DNA from: Thermodesulfobacteriota bacterium | Lineage (GTDB): Bacteria > Desulfobacterota > Desulfarculia > JACQYL01 | Assembly (NCBI GenBank): GCA_963675595.2 | Contig: CAXXLZ010000002.1 | Span: forward strand, 1,120,001 to 1,184,000 | DNA length: 64,000 nt | Reading direction: 5' to 3' | Shown here: piece after piece, positions 51,274-61,715 of the stretch | Layout of the letters: each line of letters begins with the position of its first letter | Position numbering within the stretch: position 1 is the stretch's first letter | Made by a program: the position numbers and the translations under genes | Notes under the pieces: generated by a model | Database searches by the model: none | Seen by the model: the letters and a program-made list of their open reading frames with translations, nothing else | Told to the model about the DNA's origin: nothing

Positions 51274-53314
51274 TCAGAATTTGACCATCACCGTACCGTA
51301 ATACGCCCGGCCGGGGGCCGGATAACCGAAGAAATCCTGGTACGCTTCGTCGGTGAAATTGATCACTTCGAAACTCAAAGTGAGCCAATCCGTTGCTTTC
51401 AAGGAAACGCCGGCGTCATGAAGGCTCCGCGCCTCCACCTCACCGATGTTGGAGGCGTTCAGGTAGTTCTTGTCGATATAATGGTAGGCGTAATACGGTT
51501 CGAATTTCCACAAGGTAAGCCCCGTACGGAAATCGGCCTCCCACACCGGCCTCTGGGGAAGGTACTTGTCCTTCTTTCCTTTGACGGGTCCCTTGTTGCG
51601 GGCGTCCTGGTAGGTGACGTTTCCCGAAAGATGGACCAGGTCCCACAGGTTGATCTTGAGCGAAATCTCCACACCGGAAATCTCGGCTTCGTCCACCTGT
51701 CGCGAGGTGGCGATGTTTCCCGTAGCCTGTTCCGAGCTGATGAGATTGTCCACGTCGCTGTGAAAGTAGGCCGCCTCAAAGGATACCTGCCTCAGAAAAG
51801 GCGTCGTGTCGTAGAAATCAACGCCGAACCCCACGTCATAGTTCGTGCCCTTTTCCGGGTCCAGCTCGATGTTTCCGATGTAGCTTCCATTGTTGCCGAA
51901 TAGTTCGAAAAATGAGGGGAACCGATGATAATAGCCCACGTTTGCTTTGAAATATAGAAAATGAAAGGGAGCATACTTGACCCCTAGTTGGGGAGACCAT
52001 TCGTCGTAACTTTTGTTCCCCGCCTGGCCCGTGATCACGCGCCCCGCGCTCACGCCGTTGAGGTCGTTCTTCACGTGGTCGTACCGAATGGACGGCACCA
52101 CCAGTACCTTGCGATCGAAGAGCTCGATTCGGTCTTCCAGGGCCAGCGCCAACGTGGCTCGGTTGCTCTCCGGCACCGTAATGCGCGACAGCGCGTCGTC
52201 CGGTTCATAATTCTCGTGGATGTACTGCACCAAGAAGGTCCACGTCTGGTAACGGCCCAGGGAGTAGGCTGCGGTGAAGTCGGTCCCCAGCGTCAGCGTG
52301 GTGTCGTGCGTGTCCTGGCTTCCGCCCCCCACCTCTCCCTTTCGATCGTCCAATTCCTCCACTTTGTAGGCCGCATAGGGTTTCAAAGTCAGAAGCAGGT
52401 CTTCCGTGGCCTGGAGTTCGCCCTTCAGCGTGGTGAGGTTCTCCAAAGTATCGTAGGCCGCGGATTCGGTGGGAGAGCCGATGGGGCCCGCAAGACCGCT
52501 GTGAGTCTTCTTGAAATTGTTCACCAGGTCCACGCGAGCGTTCATGAAATCGTATCCCGCCCGCACGGAAACATCATCCCCGCGAAATTTATTGTTCCTG
52601 CGTTTTTCAATACGGTCGTCCGCCATATTGTATTTGGTGCCGCGGTCGTTCAAATATTCGAAGTCGTTGTCCGCCTGACGGTGTTCATAAGCCAGGGAAT
52701 AATCAAAGGCGCCGGGTTTGTGGCCCACGAAACCGGAACCGGTATACGTGCCGAAGGAGCCCATTTGAGCCTGCCCCCAAACGGTCCGCGTTCCTTTGAT
52801 TCTTCGCGTCTTGATATTGATGACACCCCCGATCCCGGACACCCCTAACTGAAGGGGCGACGTGCCGCGATAGACTTCGATGCTCTCCACAATGCCCGTG
52901 GGAAGCGTTCCCAGATTCACGCCCCCGCCCAAAGCCTGGTTCAACGGAATCCCGTCCACCAGAATCACCACCTGCTCCGCACTGCTGCCCCGTATGGAAG
53001 CCGTGGAAAAGGAGCCCAACCCCCCCGGACTCGTTGACCCGCACGCCCACTTCTTCACTCAGAAGTTCCGCCACCGTGGTGAACTTGCCCGTGATCCGGT
53101 CTTCCGAGATGACGCTTACCTGGTAGGGGACGTCCGCGGTGAGGTCGTCCTTCCCTCCGCCTTCCTCCACCACGTACACCGTGCCCAGCGTGTGCATGGG
53201 TTCCTCGGATCGGGCGCAGGGAGTCGCCCAGAAGGCGGGCGGCAGAGCAAGCAGCAGGCACAGGAGCAGAACCGTGCACTTTCGTTCTTTCGGAAGGAAG
53301 CGCCTGAGATTCAT
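51274..53314 (-). pseudogene. btuB: TonB-dependent cobalamin receptor (BtuB-like), +1 frameshift in a G7 tract
   Basis: Signal peptide and plug start (53314 frame) join the plug/barrel ORF (..GLGSFSTASIRGSSAEQVVILVDG..C-terminal F) if the C7 run at 53020-53026 is C6. Lies downstream of a cobalamin riboswitch. Confidence 0.85.
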
Positions 53315-53440
53315 AAGGCGCTCCGGCAACAAAATTCGTCCGAACAAAAAAAAGCCTCATGCCCGGGCGACATGAGGGGGGAATTCCATCGGGAAATGGG
53401 ACCCATCGCAACCTCCGGTGCAATCTTGGGGAAGGTTCTA

Positions 53441-53600
53441 CATAGGCAGGTATTCTGGCTCCCGGATCACTCCCGCCCCGCGCCTTCCCATCCAATGCTT
53501 CCATGGCGGCTCACGCGACGGAGTTCCCCGGTTACAGCGGCCGGTCCGCTCCCGAATTTCACGGGATTCCCTTTTAAGCGTTTTGCACCTACGAGCGCTA
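53441..53600 (-). ncRNA. Cobalamin riboswitch
   Basis: AGGTGC..CTTAAAAGGGAATCCCGTGAAATTCGGGAGCGGACCGGCCGCTGTAA..GGGAAGGC..GAGCCAGAATACCTGCC (B12 box). Confidence 0.95.
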
Positions 53601-53892
53601 GGCTTTAGCAGGAGGCCCAAGCCCTTGTCAAGACCGTATGCCGGTGCGGAAAGACGCCTCCACACCGAGCGGCCGCGTCCGCGGGCGGCTCGCCGGGTAT
53701 TTCCCAAGGATTCCGGGGGGAAGACGAGTGATTGAAAGCCGGTTCTTCGGTGCGTGATCAAGCCCAATAAAGGGGTTTCTTTGCCGACTCGGGAGAGGTA
53801 AGGAAGGTTGGAGATGGATGCGAAAACCTGTTTCTCCCTCCCCTCCTTCGTCGGAGGCGGTAGGGCGGACTTAAGAAAACGGAGGCCGGCCC

Positions 53893-54570
53893 ATGACCCT
53901 GCGGCAAATCCATGAAGCCGTCGAAAAGATCGGCTGCCTTTCCTTCACCACCCTCGACGGAAGCACCCCCCACAGCCGGATCGTGCACGTTTGCGGATAC
54001 GACGACGAAGGCCTGTACTTCCTTACCATGACCGTAAAACCGTTTTACCGCCAGTTGTCCGCTTCCGGAATAGTCGCCCTGTGCGGCATCTATCCCGCGG
54101 GACGCCCCACCGGGAAAAATGCCGTGGGGCAACCCGCCTTCGAACCCGGATTCACCCTTCGGATCACCGGGGAAGCGCGGGAGGTATCCCAAGAAACGAT
54201 CCGGGCCAAGGCGGAGGCCGGACACCCCATGTTCAGGTACTTCCTGGAGGACCAAGCGCGTTATCCCGCCACGCGCCTGTTTTGCATCCGCAACGGCAAG
54301 GGCGAAATCTTCGATTACGACTTCGAAATGGTGAACCGGGACCACAAACTGCTGCGCACCCGGTTTTCCTTCGGCGGGGAAACCCACAACGAGCCGGGAG
54401 GCCGTATCACCGACGACTGTATTGCCTGCGGCGAATGCGAAAAGGTCTGCACCTTCAAGGCCATAGAGCCGGGCGAACCGTATCGCATCCTGGGCGAACG
54501 ATGCGACGAATGCGGAAGCTGTTATTTGGTCTGCCCGCAAAACGCCATCGAACTTCCCAAGACGATATAG
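53893..54570 (+). CDS. Pyridoxamine 5'-phosphate oxidase-like domain + 2x[4Fe-4S] ferredoxin domain protein
   Basis: SFTTLDGSTPHSRI, GLYFLTMTVKPFYRQL, CIACGECEKVC and CDECGSCYLVCP. GGAGG RBS. Confidence 0.85.
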   Translation: MTLRQIHEAVEKIGCLSFTTLDGSTPHSRIVHVCGYDDEGLYFLTMTVKPFYRQLSASGIVALCGIYPAGRPTGKNAVGQPAFEPGFTLRITGEAREVSQETIRAKAEAGHPMFRYFLEDQARYPATRLFCIRNGKGEIFDYDFEMVNRDHKLLRTRFSFGGETHNEPGGRITDDCIACGECEKVCTFKAIEPGEPYRILGERCDECGSCYLVCPQNAIELPKTI

Positions 54571-54591
54571 GGTTGTTGTTCAGACAATCAT

Positions 54592-55020
54592 CGGGGGAAC
54601 CACGTTCCCCCGAATCCCCATGTGCGGGCTCCGTCCCAAAGGGAACGGACCCGATCAGGTATTTCAGATTTTCGGCCACAGGTCGCAAGTTGCATTGGAA
54701 GCGTTCCCTCCATTTCCCCCTGCGCGCCCATCCCGTCTTGCCCATTCCGCAAGCCTTTGATATTTTGTACCGAACCTCCGCCGCACCAATGCCGAATACT
54801 GAATAGTGGTAGCTGTTCACAGGCTAGACGTGGTGAGGGGTCCTTGGAAGACCGATTGCCGGACCCATTACGAACGGAGCCTTCGACAAGGCCGCCCCGG
54901 TCCGGAAATCCACTCACCGCAGGGCGCCTCTCCGCCGGAGGCGGTGAGGCCTGGTTGAGAAGCTTTGGATGGGGGTACGGGGGAAGACTTTCTCGAAAGT
55001 CTTCCCCCGTGAATGCCCAC
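54592..55020. repeat. REP-doublet-like element (family A): inverted hairpin units flanking a ~300-bp spacer
   Basis: Left unit CGGGGGAACCACGTTCCCCCGAATCCCCAT. Right unit ATGGGGGTACGGGGGAAGACTTTCTCGAAAGTCTTCCCCCG, the same motif in opposite orientation. Confidence 0.8.
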
Positions 55021-55032
55021 AGGTAGCCGCCT

Positions 55033-55701
55033 ATGCGCCGATCGACTCAGAACAACCTCATCGTCTTCGCTTTCCTGGCTCCCTCGCTCTTTCTTACGCC
55101 GGTTTTGGCCTCGGCCGAGTCCTACGTTACGATCCTTTCCGCCCTGGACGGCGACAGCCTGGTGACCAAAAACGGGAGCGAAATTCGCCTGTTCGGCGTG
55201 GATTGTCCCGAATTCGGACAACCCTTCGCGGAGGAAGCCCGCCGCTTCACCCGCCGATCCACTGCGGGCGTGAGAGTTCGTTTGGAAGAAATCACCCGCG
55301 ACATCCACGGACGCACGGTGGCCCGGGTGTTCCTTCCGGACGGACGAGACCTGGGCGCTGAACTTGTGAGACAAGGATACGCCTGGTGGTTCCGCAAATA
55401 CGCTCCCGATCGGACCGATCTGAAGGCGTTGGAGGCCGAAGCCCGGGCCGCCGGACGGGGATTGTGGTCCGATCACGACCCGGTGCCTCCCTGGCGCGTG
55501 CGCTGGGAAGCCGGCAAAACGTCCGCCCTCGCGGGTCCCGAGTCCCAATCCGGCACCATTTACCGGGGAAACAGGCGAAGTCATGTATTCCATCGCCCCG
55601 AATGCAAAGATTACCGCTGCCGCAATTGCACGGCGGTCTTCCAACAACGGGAAGAGGCGATAGAGGCGGGGTATCGTCCCTGCAAACAGTGCAACCCCTG
55701 A
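55033..55701 (+). CDS. Secreted thermonuclease (SNase) with C-terminal Ada-type metal-binding domain
   Basis: DGDSL, IRLFGVDCPE, DIHGRTVA, GRGLW; GNRRSHVFHRPEC..AGYRPCKQCNP. Confidence 0.9.
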   Translation: MRRSTQNNLIVFAFLAPSLFLTPVLASAESYVTILSALDGDSLVTKNGSEIRLFGVDCPEFGQPFAEEARRFTRRSTAGVRVRLEEITRDIHGRTVARVFLPDGRDLGAELVRQGYAWWFRKYAPDRTDLKALEAEARAAGRGLWSDHDPVPPWRVRWEAGKTSALAGPESQSGTIYRGNRRSHVFHRPECKDYRCRNCTAVFQQREEAIEAGYRPCKQCNP

Positions 55702-55739
55702 CGAATCGCCGCCTTCTCTACGGAACTCGATGAAATCCC

Positions 55740-56462
55740 ATGAAAACGGATGACTACGTTCGATACACCTACTGGATCACTTCGGAACAAGCGGAACGAC
55801 TCGCCCGTATCCTGAAGGAGGAACACGGAATTCGGCTCCGCAAAGCCGGGGGCGTGGTTTGTACTCCCCTGGCGCCCAAAAGCCGGGTGACCCTGGTGAC
55901 TCCTCAGGCATGGAACCGGACCTGTGCACGACAAGGCTCCTGGTATCGGACCTCATCCCGGGCGGGTTTCAGTTTGGCGGTAAGCTCGGAGCCTCTGGAA
56001 GGGTTCGGCTTTCAATTGAACACATGCATTACCCTCTCCTCGAAACGGGTGACTGAAAGAGCCGATCCGGAAACGAAATTGAAGCTGGTCGAGTCGCGGC
56101 GATATAAGAGCTTGGAGCCCTCGGAATGGCGCGATGTGCTTCCCGCGGAGAAAAAACGATTTCTGGCCTGGGCGCGTAAGCGCGGTGTAACGTACGACTT
56201 CGAAGAACTGTTTCTGACCCATTCGGCCAATCACGCCAATTTTATCGACCCGCTCTTGTTTATGGAGGAAGGGGACGCTATGATCCCGTATTCCATCGAC
56301 CGGAGCGCCGCCCTGTGCTCCTGCTGCCTCGAACTGTACAACGTACTCGGACACAAGTTCCCGAAGAAGCTGGTTGCGCTCTGCTCAGGTGCCGTGGCCT
56401 TCTCACGATTGCCGGAAGACGTTTTCCTGGAGGTTCGCACCACGCAACAAAACGATGATTGA
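55740..56462 (+). CDS. Hypothetical protein (Cys/His motifs HSANHANF, CSCC, LCSG)
   Basis: 240-aa ORF co-oriented with its neighbours. Confidence 0.7.
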   Translation: MKTDDYVRYTYWITSEQAERLARILKEEHGIRLRKAGGVVCTPLAPKSRVTLVTPQAWNRTCARQGSWYRTSSRAGFSLAVSSEPLEGFGFQLNTCITLSSKRVTERADPETKLKLVESRRYKSLEPSEWRDVLPAEKKRFLAWARKRGVTYDFEELFLTHSANHANFIDPLLFMEEGDAMIPYSIDRSAALCSCCLELYNVLGHKFPKKLVALCSGAVAFSRLPEDVFLEVRTTQQNDD

Positions 56463-56632
56463 GAGGTGCCGCCAAACGAGCCGAGTTCTCGGAAGTCTCC
56501 CCGAAACAGGAGGGTTTACCCGCCTGGGAAGGAGGTAGGATTTTGAGCATACGGCCTCAAGGCCGCCGGCATCTGGAATCCGCCGTGGAGCCGGACAACA
56601 CCGGCGAGCGTCTTCCGGAGAAGGACGATCCC

Positions 56633-59080
56633 GTGAAGGACGAACAAAAGACCAAGGCCCAACTCATCGCGGAACTCAATGAACTCCGGAGCCGCCTGAC
56701 TCGATACGAAGAGTCTTCCGATGAAAACGGAGTCCCGCCCGGGGAATCCAATGGACCGGTCGCCCTCCTTCAGACCCTTATCGATACGATCCCCACGCCC
56801 CTGTTCTACAAGAACAAGCCGTGCCGCTATCTGGGCTGCAACCGGGCTTTCGAATTCTTCTCCGGCCTCTCCAAAGATAAGATTATCGGCTCCAGCGTTT
56901 GGGACGTGTTTCCCGAGGAAACGGCTTCACTGTATCACACCATGGATCGCAAGCTACTCCGGAATCCGGGCGTCCAGATCTACGAAGCCCCCACGCTCTT
57001 TCCCAACGGGGAATCGCGCATCATAGAATACCACAAGGCCACTTTTACCGATTCCAAAGGGGATGTGGCCGGCATCGTGGGCATCATGGTGGACACGACA
57101 CGTCGCAAGGCTGCCGAGGAGGCTCTGAAGGAGAGCGAAAGAGAGTTTCGCACCCTCGCCGAACAAACGCCTTTCGGCATTTCCATCATGGATCGCAATC
57201 GCCGGTTTGCTTACTTCAATCCCAAGTTTACCCAATTGTTCGGCTACACTCTGGAGGACCTTCCGAATAAGGATGCCTGGTTCCACAACTTCTACCCGGA
57301 CGATGGGGTTCGCCGGGAATTGCGTTCCCGCTGGGAGGAGAGTTTCGCACGGGAATCCGGGAGAAGCGGGTTCAGGGAAATGATCCACCCGCTGAGATGC
57401 CGCAACGGCAGAGACCGCGTGGTCCGGATGCGCGCGGTGATTCTTGAGGACGACAAGCATTTCATGTTCTACGACGACATTACCTCCCGCATCAATGATA
57501 TCGAGGAACTGAGCAGAAGTCGGGAGGAGCTGAAGCGACTCTATGAAGAAGCCAGCAGAGCTCAGGACGTCTACGCGTCCCTTCTTCGTTCCTCACCCGA
57601 CTCCATTGTGATTTACGATTCGGAGGGCCGAGCGGTATTCGTCAACTCCGCTTTCACCCAGGTTTTCGGTTGGACGCTGGAGGAAGTACAGGGGAAACGT
57701 ATCGATTTCGTCCCGGAATCCGAAAAGAACGCCACTTCCGAAGTTATCCGACGAATATTCCAAGAAGACCAAATATGCCGAGGCTTCGAAACCCGAAGAT
57801 TGACCAAGGATGGAAGGATTCTGGACGTCAATATCAGTGCGTCCGGTTACCACGATCATGAAGGGAAACTGGAAGGCTCGCTGGTGATCCTTCGAGACAT
57901 CTCCGACCAGAAGGTATTGGAGGCCCAACTGCTCCAGGCGCACAAGATGGAAGCCCTGGGCACCCTGGCGGGAGGCGTGGCCCATGATTTCAACAACATC
58001 ATGCAGGCCATCACCGGCTACGTGCAGGTGCTGCTCATGGAGAATTCCCCCGAAAGTCCGGACTATCCCAAGCTGCAGGGCATCGAGAAATCCGCTCATC
58101 GAGCCGGCACTCTGACACGGCGTTTGCTCATGTTCAGTAGAAAGGTGGACGCCGAACTTCGCGCTGTCGATCTCAACACCGAAGTGAATCAGGTGTCCAA
58201 ACTGCTGACGCAAATCTTCCCCAAGATGATCGACATTCAACTCCAGTTGGATGAAAACGTGGAGGCGGTAAACGCGGACCCGGTCCAGCTGGAACAAATC
58301 ATGATGAATCTGGGAGTCAATGCCAGGGACGCCATGGTGGACGGTGGAAAGCTGATTTTCAGGACGGAAAATGTCGTTCTGGATAAGGACTTCTGCGCAA
58401 GGCACATGGGCGCAAAAGAGGGGCGGTTCGTGATGCTGTCCGTTTCGGATACCGGCCACGGGATCGATCCCTCCATTCTGGACCGCGTCTTCGACCCCTT
58501 CTTCACGACCAAGCCCGTGGGGCAGGGAACCGGCCTGGGCTTGGCCATGGTCTACGGCATCGTCAAGGCTCATGGAGGTTACATCACCTGTTCCAGCCAA
58601 CCGGAAGTGGGGACCACTTTCAGAATCTATTTTCCCGCCGTTGCAAGACGGCCCGAGGCCCGTCGGTCACCGGATTGGGAGGAGAAAAACCCGAAGGGCA
58701 AAGGAGAACTGCTGCTCCTGGTGGACGATGAAGAGGGAATCCGTGAGGTGGGCAAAGACCTGCTCACTCGTTTCGGATATCAAGTACTCACCGCGGAAAG
58801 CGGTGAGCGTGCCGTGGACGTGTACAAGACGCTCTCCAGCCGACCGGACCTGGTAATCCTGGACCTGAGCATGCCCGGCATGGGAGGGATGAAATGCCTC
58901 AAAATTCTCCGTGAGTTAAACCCGGCTGTGCGAGTGATCATCTCCACAGGCTATCTGGACCAGTCTCGCCTGAAGGACCTGCCGGAGGCCCAAGACGCCG
59001 CGTTCGTGGGAAAGCCCTACAAGATCAACGAGCTCCTCAAGACCCTTCGAAGGGTCCTTGACGGGAAACCGACGGGCTGA
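56633..59080 (+). CDS. Hybrid multi-PAS histidine kinase/response regulator (CckA-like)
   Basis: Three PAS domains, GGVAHDFNN, GTGLGL and a C-terminal REC. GTG start (MKDEQKTKAQLIAEL) with AAGGA RBS. Confidence 0.92.
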   Translation: MKDEQKTKAQLIAELNELRSRLTRYEESSDENGVPPGESNGPVALLQTLIDTIPTPLFYKNKPCRYLGCNRAFEFFSGLSKDKIIGSSVWDVFPEETASLYHTMDRKLLRNPGVQIYEAPTLFPNGESRIIEYHKATFTDSKGDVAGIVGIMVDTTRRKAAEEALKESEREFRTLAEQTPFGISIMDRNRRFAYFNPKFTQLFGYTLEDLPNKDAWFHNFYPDDGVRRELRSRWEESFARESGRSGFREMIHPLRCRNGRDRVVRMRAVILEDDKHFMFYDDITSRINDIEELSRSREELKRLYEEASRAQDVYASLLRSSPDSIVIYDSEGRAVFVNSAFTQVFGWTLEEVQGKRIDFVPESEKNATSEVIRRIFQEDQICRGFETRRLTKDGRILDVNISASGYHDHEGKLEGSLVILRDISDQKVLEAQLLQAHKMEALGTLAGGVAHDFNNIMQAITGYVQVLLMENSPESPDYPKLQGIEKSAHRAGTLTRRLLMFSRKVDAELRAVDLNTEVNQVSKLLTQIFPKMIDIQLQLDENVEAVNADPVQLEQIMMNLGVNARDAMVDGGKLIFRTENVVLDKDFCARHMGAKEGRFVMLSVSDTGHGIDPSILDRVFDPFFTTKPVGQGTGLGLAMVYGIVKAHGGYITCSSQPEVGTTFRIYFPAVARRPEARRSPDWEEKNPKGKGELLLLVDDEEGIREVGKDLLTRFGYQVLTAESGERAVDVYKTLSSRPDLVILDLSMPGMGGMKCLKILRELNPAVRVIISTGYLDQSRLKDLPEAQDAAFVGKPYKINELLKTLRRVLDGKPTG

Positions 59081-59223
59081 ACCTCAGACGCCCTCTTACC
59101 GTCGGCGCTCCTGAGAAACCCCGTGGGGTATCCGGTTTCTACGGGACGGCGGAAGAAAATGACACGCAAAGCGCACCGATCCCGTGGGATGCGCCCGCAC
59201 GGTATACCCTCCGGATCGGGTTC

Positions 59224-60027
59224 TTAGGGTCGGTTGCCCTGCGCCCAACGGGCCATTTTCTCTCTTGAGATTCTAAGATAATCTCTGTCCCCGGAAAAGA
59301 CTTCGAGGGTTACCGTGCCGTCGTATCCCACCCCCCGGAGAGCGCCCACAATGCACGGAAAGTCCAGGGTCCCGGTACCCGGAGGCAAGTGATTGTCATC
59401 CCTGCCGAAGTTGTCGTGGGCGTGCACGTGCCCGATGCGATTCGGAAATTGCTCAATAAATTTCAAGACGTTCTTGAGACCGCCTCCGTCTAGATTGGCG
59501 TGACCCGTGTCCAAGGTCAGATACAACCTTGGGTGACGCGAAAAAAGTTGCTCGAAGTCCTCGGGAGCTGATAGAGACCGGGACCTGGGGGGCATGTTTT
59601 CCACGCAGAGCCGGATTCCCAACTGATTCCCATGGACGATGACGGACTCCAGGCTTTCCATCATGTATCTTCTCGACAACTCGGGAACCAGGGAGCCCAG
59701 TCCCACCGCATGGCCGGGGTGCACCACCGCTTTCCACGCTCCCAGTTCCGCTGCGGTCTCCAGGGAGTTCAGCATCTCGTCGAGAGAGGCTTTTCTGAGG
59801 CTCTCGGTCAAGTCCGCCGTGACGACAAAGGTGGGGAGGTGGGCCACAAGGCCCATCCCCAAGTCCTTCAACGTTTGGCGCAACTCGGCCTTCAGCCGTC
59901 TGATTTGCAGATAGTGAGCTTGTGGCGGGTCCATGGTCAACTCGAAGTAATCGAAACCGAGTTTTGCGAATTCACGAATCTCCTGAAGCACCGGTTTCAC
60001 CGGGAAATTCATGGCGCCGAAAAGCAT
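59224..60027 (-). CDS. Sugar phosphate isomerase/epimerase family (xylose isomerase-like TIM barrel)
   Basis: VENMP, LDTGHA, HVHAHDN and TLEV. Start may be 60072. Confidence 0.88.
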   Translation of the reverse strand: MLFGAMNFPVKPVLQEIREFAKLGFDYFELTMDPPQAHYLQIRRLKAELRQTLKDLGMGLVAHLPTFVVTADLTESLRKASLDEMLNSLETAAELGAWKAVVHPGHAVGLGSLVPELSRRYMMESLESVIVHGNQLGIRLCVENMPPRSRSLSAPEDFEQLFSRHPRLYLTLDTGHANLDGGGLKNVLKFIEQFPNRIGHVHAHDNFGRDDNHLPPGTGTLDFPCIVGALRGVGYDGTVTLEVFSGDRDYLRISREKMARWAQGNRP

Positions 60028-60139
60028 GGCGAACGGCTCCCTTGTTTTCACCTTAATATTTGTGTCACGCATTGCCGAAGTGCGTCGCGTCATTCTATAA
60101 TAAGGAAACAATCAAGGGAAGATAGAGGACGGAGGAAGG

Positions 60140-61582
60140 ATGATGAAAAAGTTCGGAGTGATTCTTGCTTTTGTGTCGGTTTGGGCACTGTTCTCTGCAA
60201 TGGCATGGGCCGAGTTGCCCGACGGAGTGTGGAAGGACGTACCTTCGGGAAATGCGAACGACAATTACGCGCTGTACGTTCAGACCTACACCGAGCAGTC
60301 CGTGGTGGTGGTGCTGCTGGACAACTCCGGAGAGCATGGAGCCCGTAGAATGTATGCTTTTCTGGACTCCGATTTCAGCGACGGCGTGGACGCTTCGGAG
60401 GTCGGAGGAATCGACGCCCAGCTGATTATCCAGGATTTCACGTCCCAGCCCGCGCTTTCGGCATCTTTCACCGTGGGGGGCGTCACCAGTGATTTCCAGC
60501 TATATCAGTGGGTTTCCTCTCCGGATGTGTCTCACGTGGCCAAAAACGGCATCTACAAAAACGTGGCGCCCATGGAAGCGACGGAGTTCAATCTGTATTT
60601 CCAGACCTACGACGCGGACCCCGCCTCGGCCATCGCCATTCTAACACCGGACGGCGGAGCGACCTATTACGCCTTCCTGGTGGGTGATCTGGACAACGGA
60701 TTCGACACCTCGGACTTGTTGGAGGAAGGGGCCCAACTCTCCATTGAGTTTACCCCGATCAGTTCCGATCTGGACGCCTCGGCCCAAACCGATGTCTCCC
60801 CCGCAAACGATGAAGAACCGCCGTATGCCTTCACGCCCCCGGGCGGCGTGGAAACCACGGGCACCCTTTTCAAGTGGTTCCAGGGACCGGCCTACTTCGG
60901 TACCTATACCATCGGGGGTCAGGTTCATTTCAACGGCACGCCGTTTCCTGTGATCAGCAATCTTCAACCCAGGTTTCATTATGTATTCGACTACGATCTG
61001 GACGCTTACAGCGACATCTATGAACTGACCTACGATTCTTCCACCGGGATGTACACCATACAATATTTCCCGGCCGACGGCGCGTTTTCCATCAACTTCG
61101 CCATCGATCCCCGGCATGACTACCTTCCGGGCAATTTCTACAGCTACATCAGTTCCATCGAAGCGGGGGCCATGTCCGAATCCGAGCGAGAGAACGTGGA
61201 CATTCCCTTGACCGAAGTGATCCACCTCACGGCCCCCTACGACAACACGCAGATCATCTACGCCAGAGGCGAGTACCCTTCCCTTTCATCTCCGGTGACC
61301 TTCACGTGGGAGGCTGTGGACGGTGTGACCCGATGGCGCGTTGTGTTGGACCGTTACCGCAGTCCCGATCATCCGGACGGTTACGGATTCATCGAGAACC
61401 TGGTCACGCTGAACGACGTGACGGAAACCACGTATTCCACCGGTGCCCTTGCCTCTTCCGCCTCCAATGAACACTACCAGTTCTTTGTCGAAGGATTCGC
61501 CGGCGACGACCTCATCGCCAAATACTACACCGTATATACGGACGGCTACGGGGGCGACTTCCGATTCCGGATCGTGCCTTAG
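60140..61582 (+). CDS. Secreted acidic hypothetical protein with an internal tandem domain repeat
   Basis: Signal peptide ending AWA. Repeats DGVWK..LYVQTY..YAFL..D and NGIYK..LYFQTY..YAFL..D. GGAGG RBS. Confidence 0.8.
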   Translation: MMKKFGVILAFVSVWALFSAMAWAELPDGVWKDVPSGNANDNYALYVQTYTEQSVVVVLLDNSGEHGARRMYAFLDSDFSDGVDASEVGGIDAQLIIQDFTSQPALSASFTVGGVTSDFQLYQWVSSPDVSHVAKNGIYKNVAPMEATEFNLYFQTYDADPASAIAILTPDGGATYYAFLVGDLDNGFDTSDLLEEGAQLSIEFTPISSDLDASAQTDVSPANDEEPPYAFTPPGGVETTGTLFKWFQGPAYFGTYTIGGQVHFNGTPFPVISNLQPRFHYVFDYDLDAYSDIYELTYDSSTGMYTIQYFPADGAFSINFAIDPRHDYLPGNFYSYISSIEAGAMSESERENVDIPLTEVIHLTAPYDNTQIIYARGEYPSLSSPVTFTWEAVDGVTRWRVVLDRYRSPDHPDGYGFIENLVTLNDVTETTYSTGALASSASNEHYQFFVEGFAGDDLIAKYYTVYTDGYGGDFRFRIVP

Positions 61583-61715
61583 GCGAGGAACGACGCGGCG
61601 TTTCATCGGGGGCATCCGCCGTACGCCCACCGTAGGCCGTGCCGCCGCGCCGTTTTTTTTGGAGGGTAATGATCAGGGGGTGCTTCTTCAAGAGCGCCCC
61701 CTCGGCTATTGCGGT

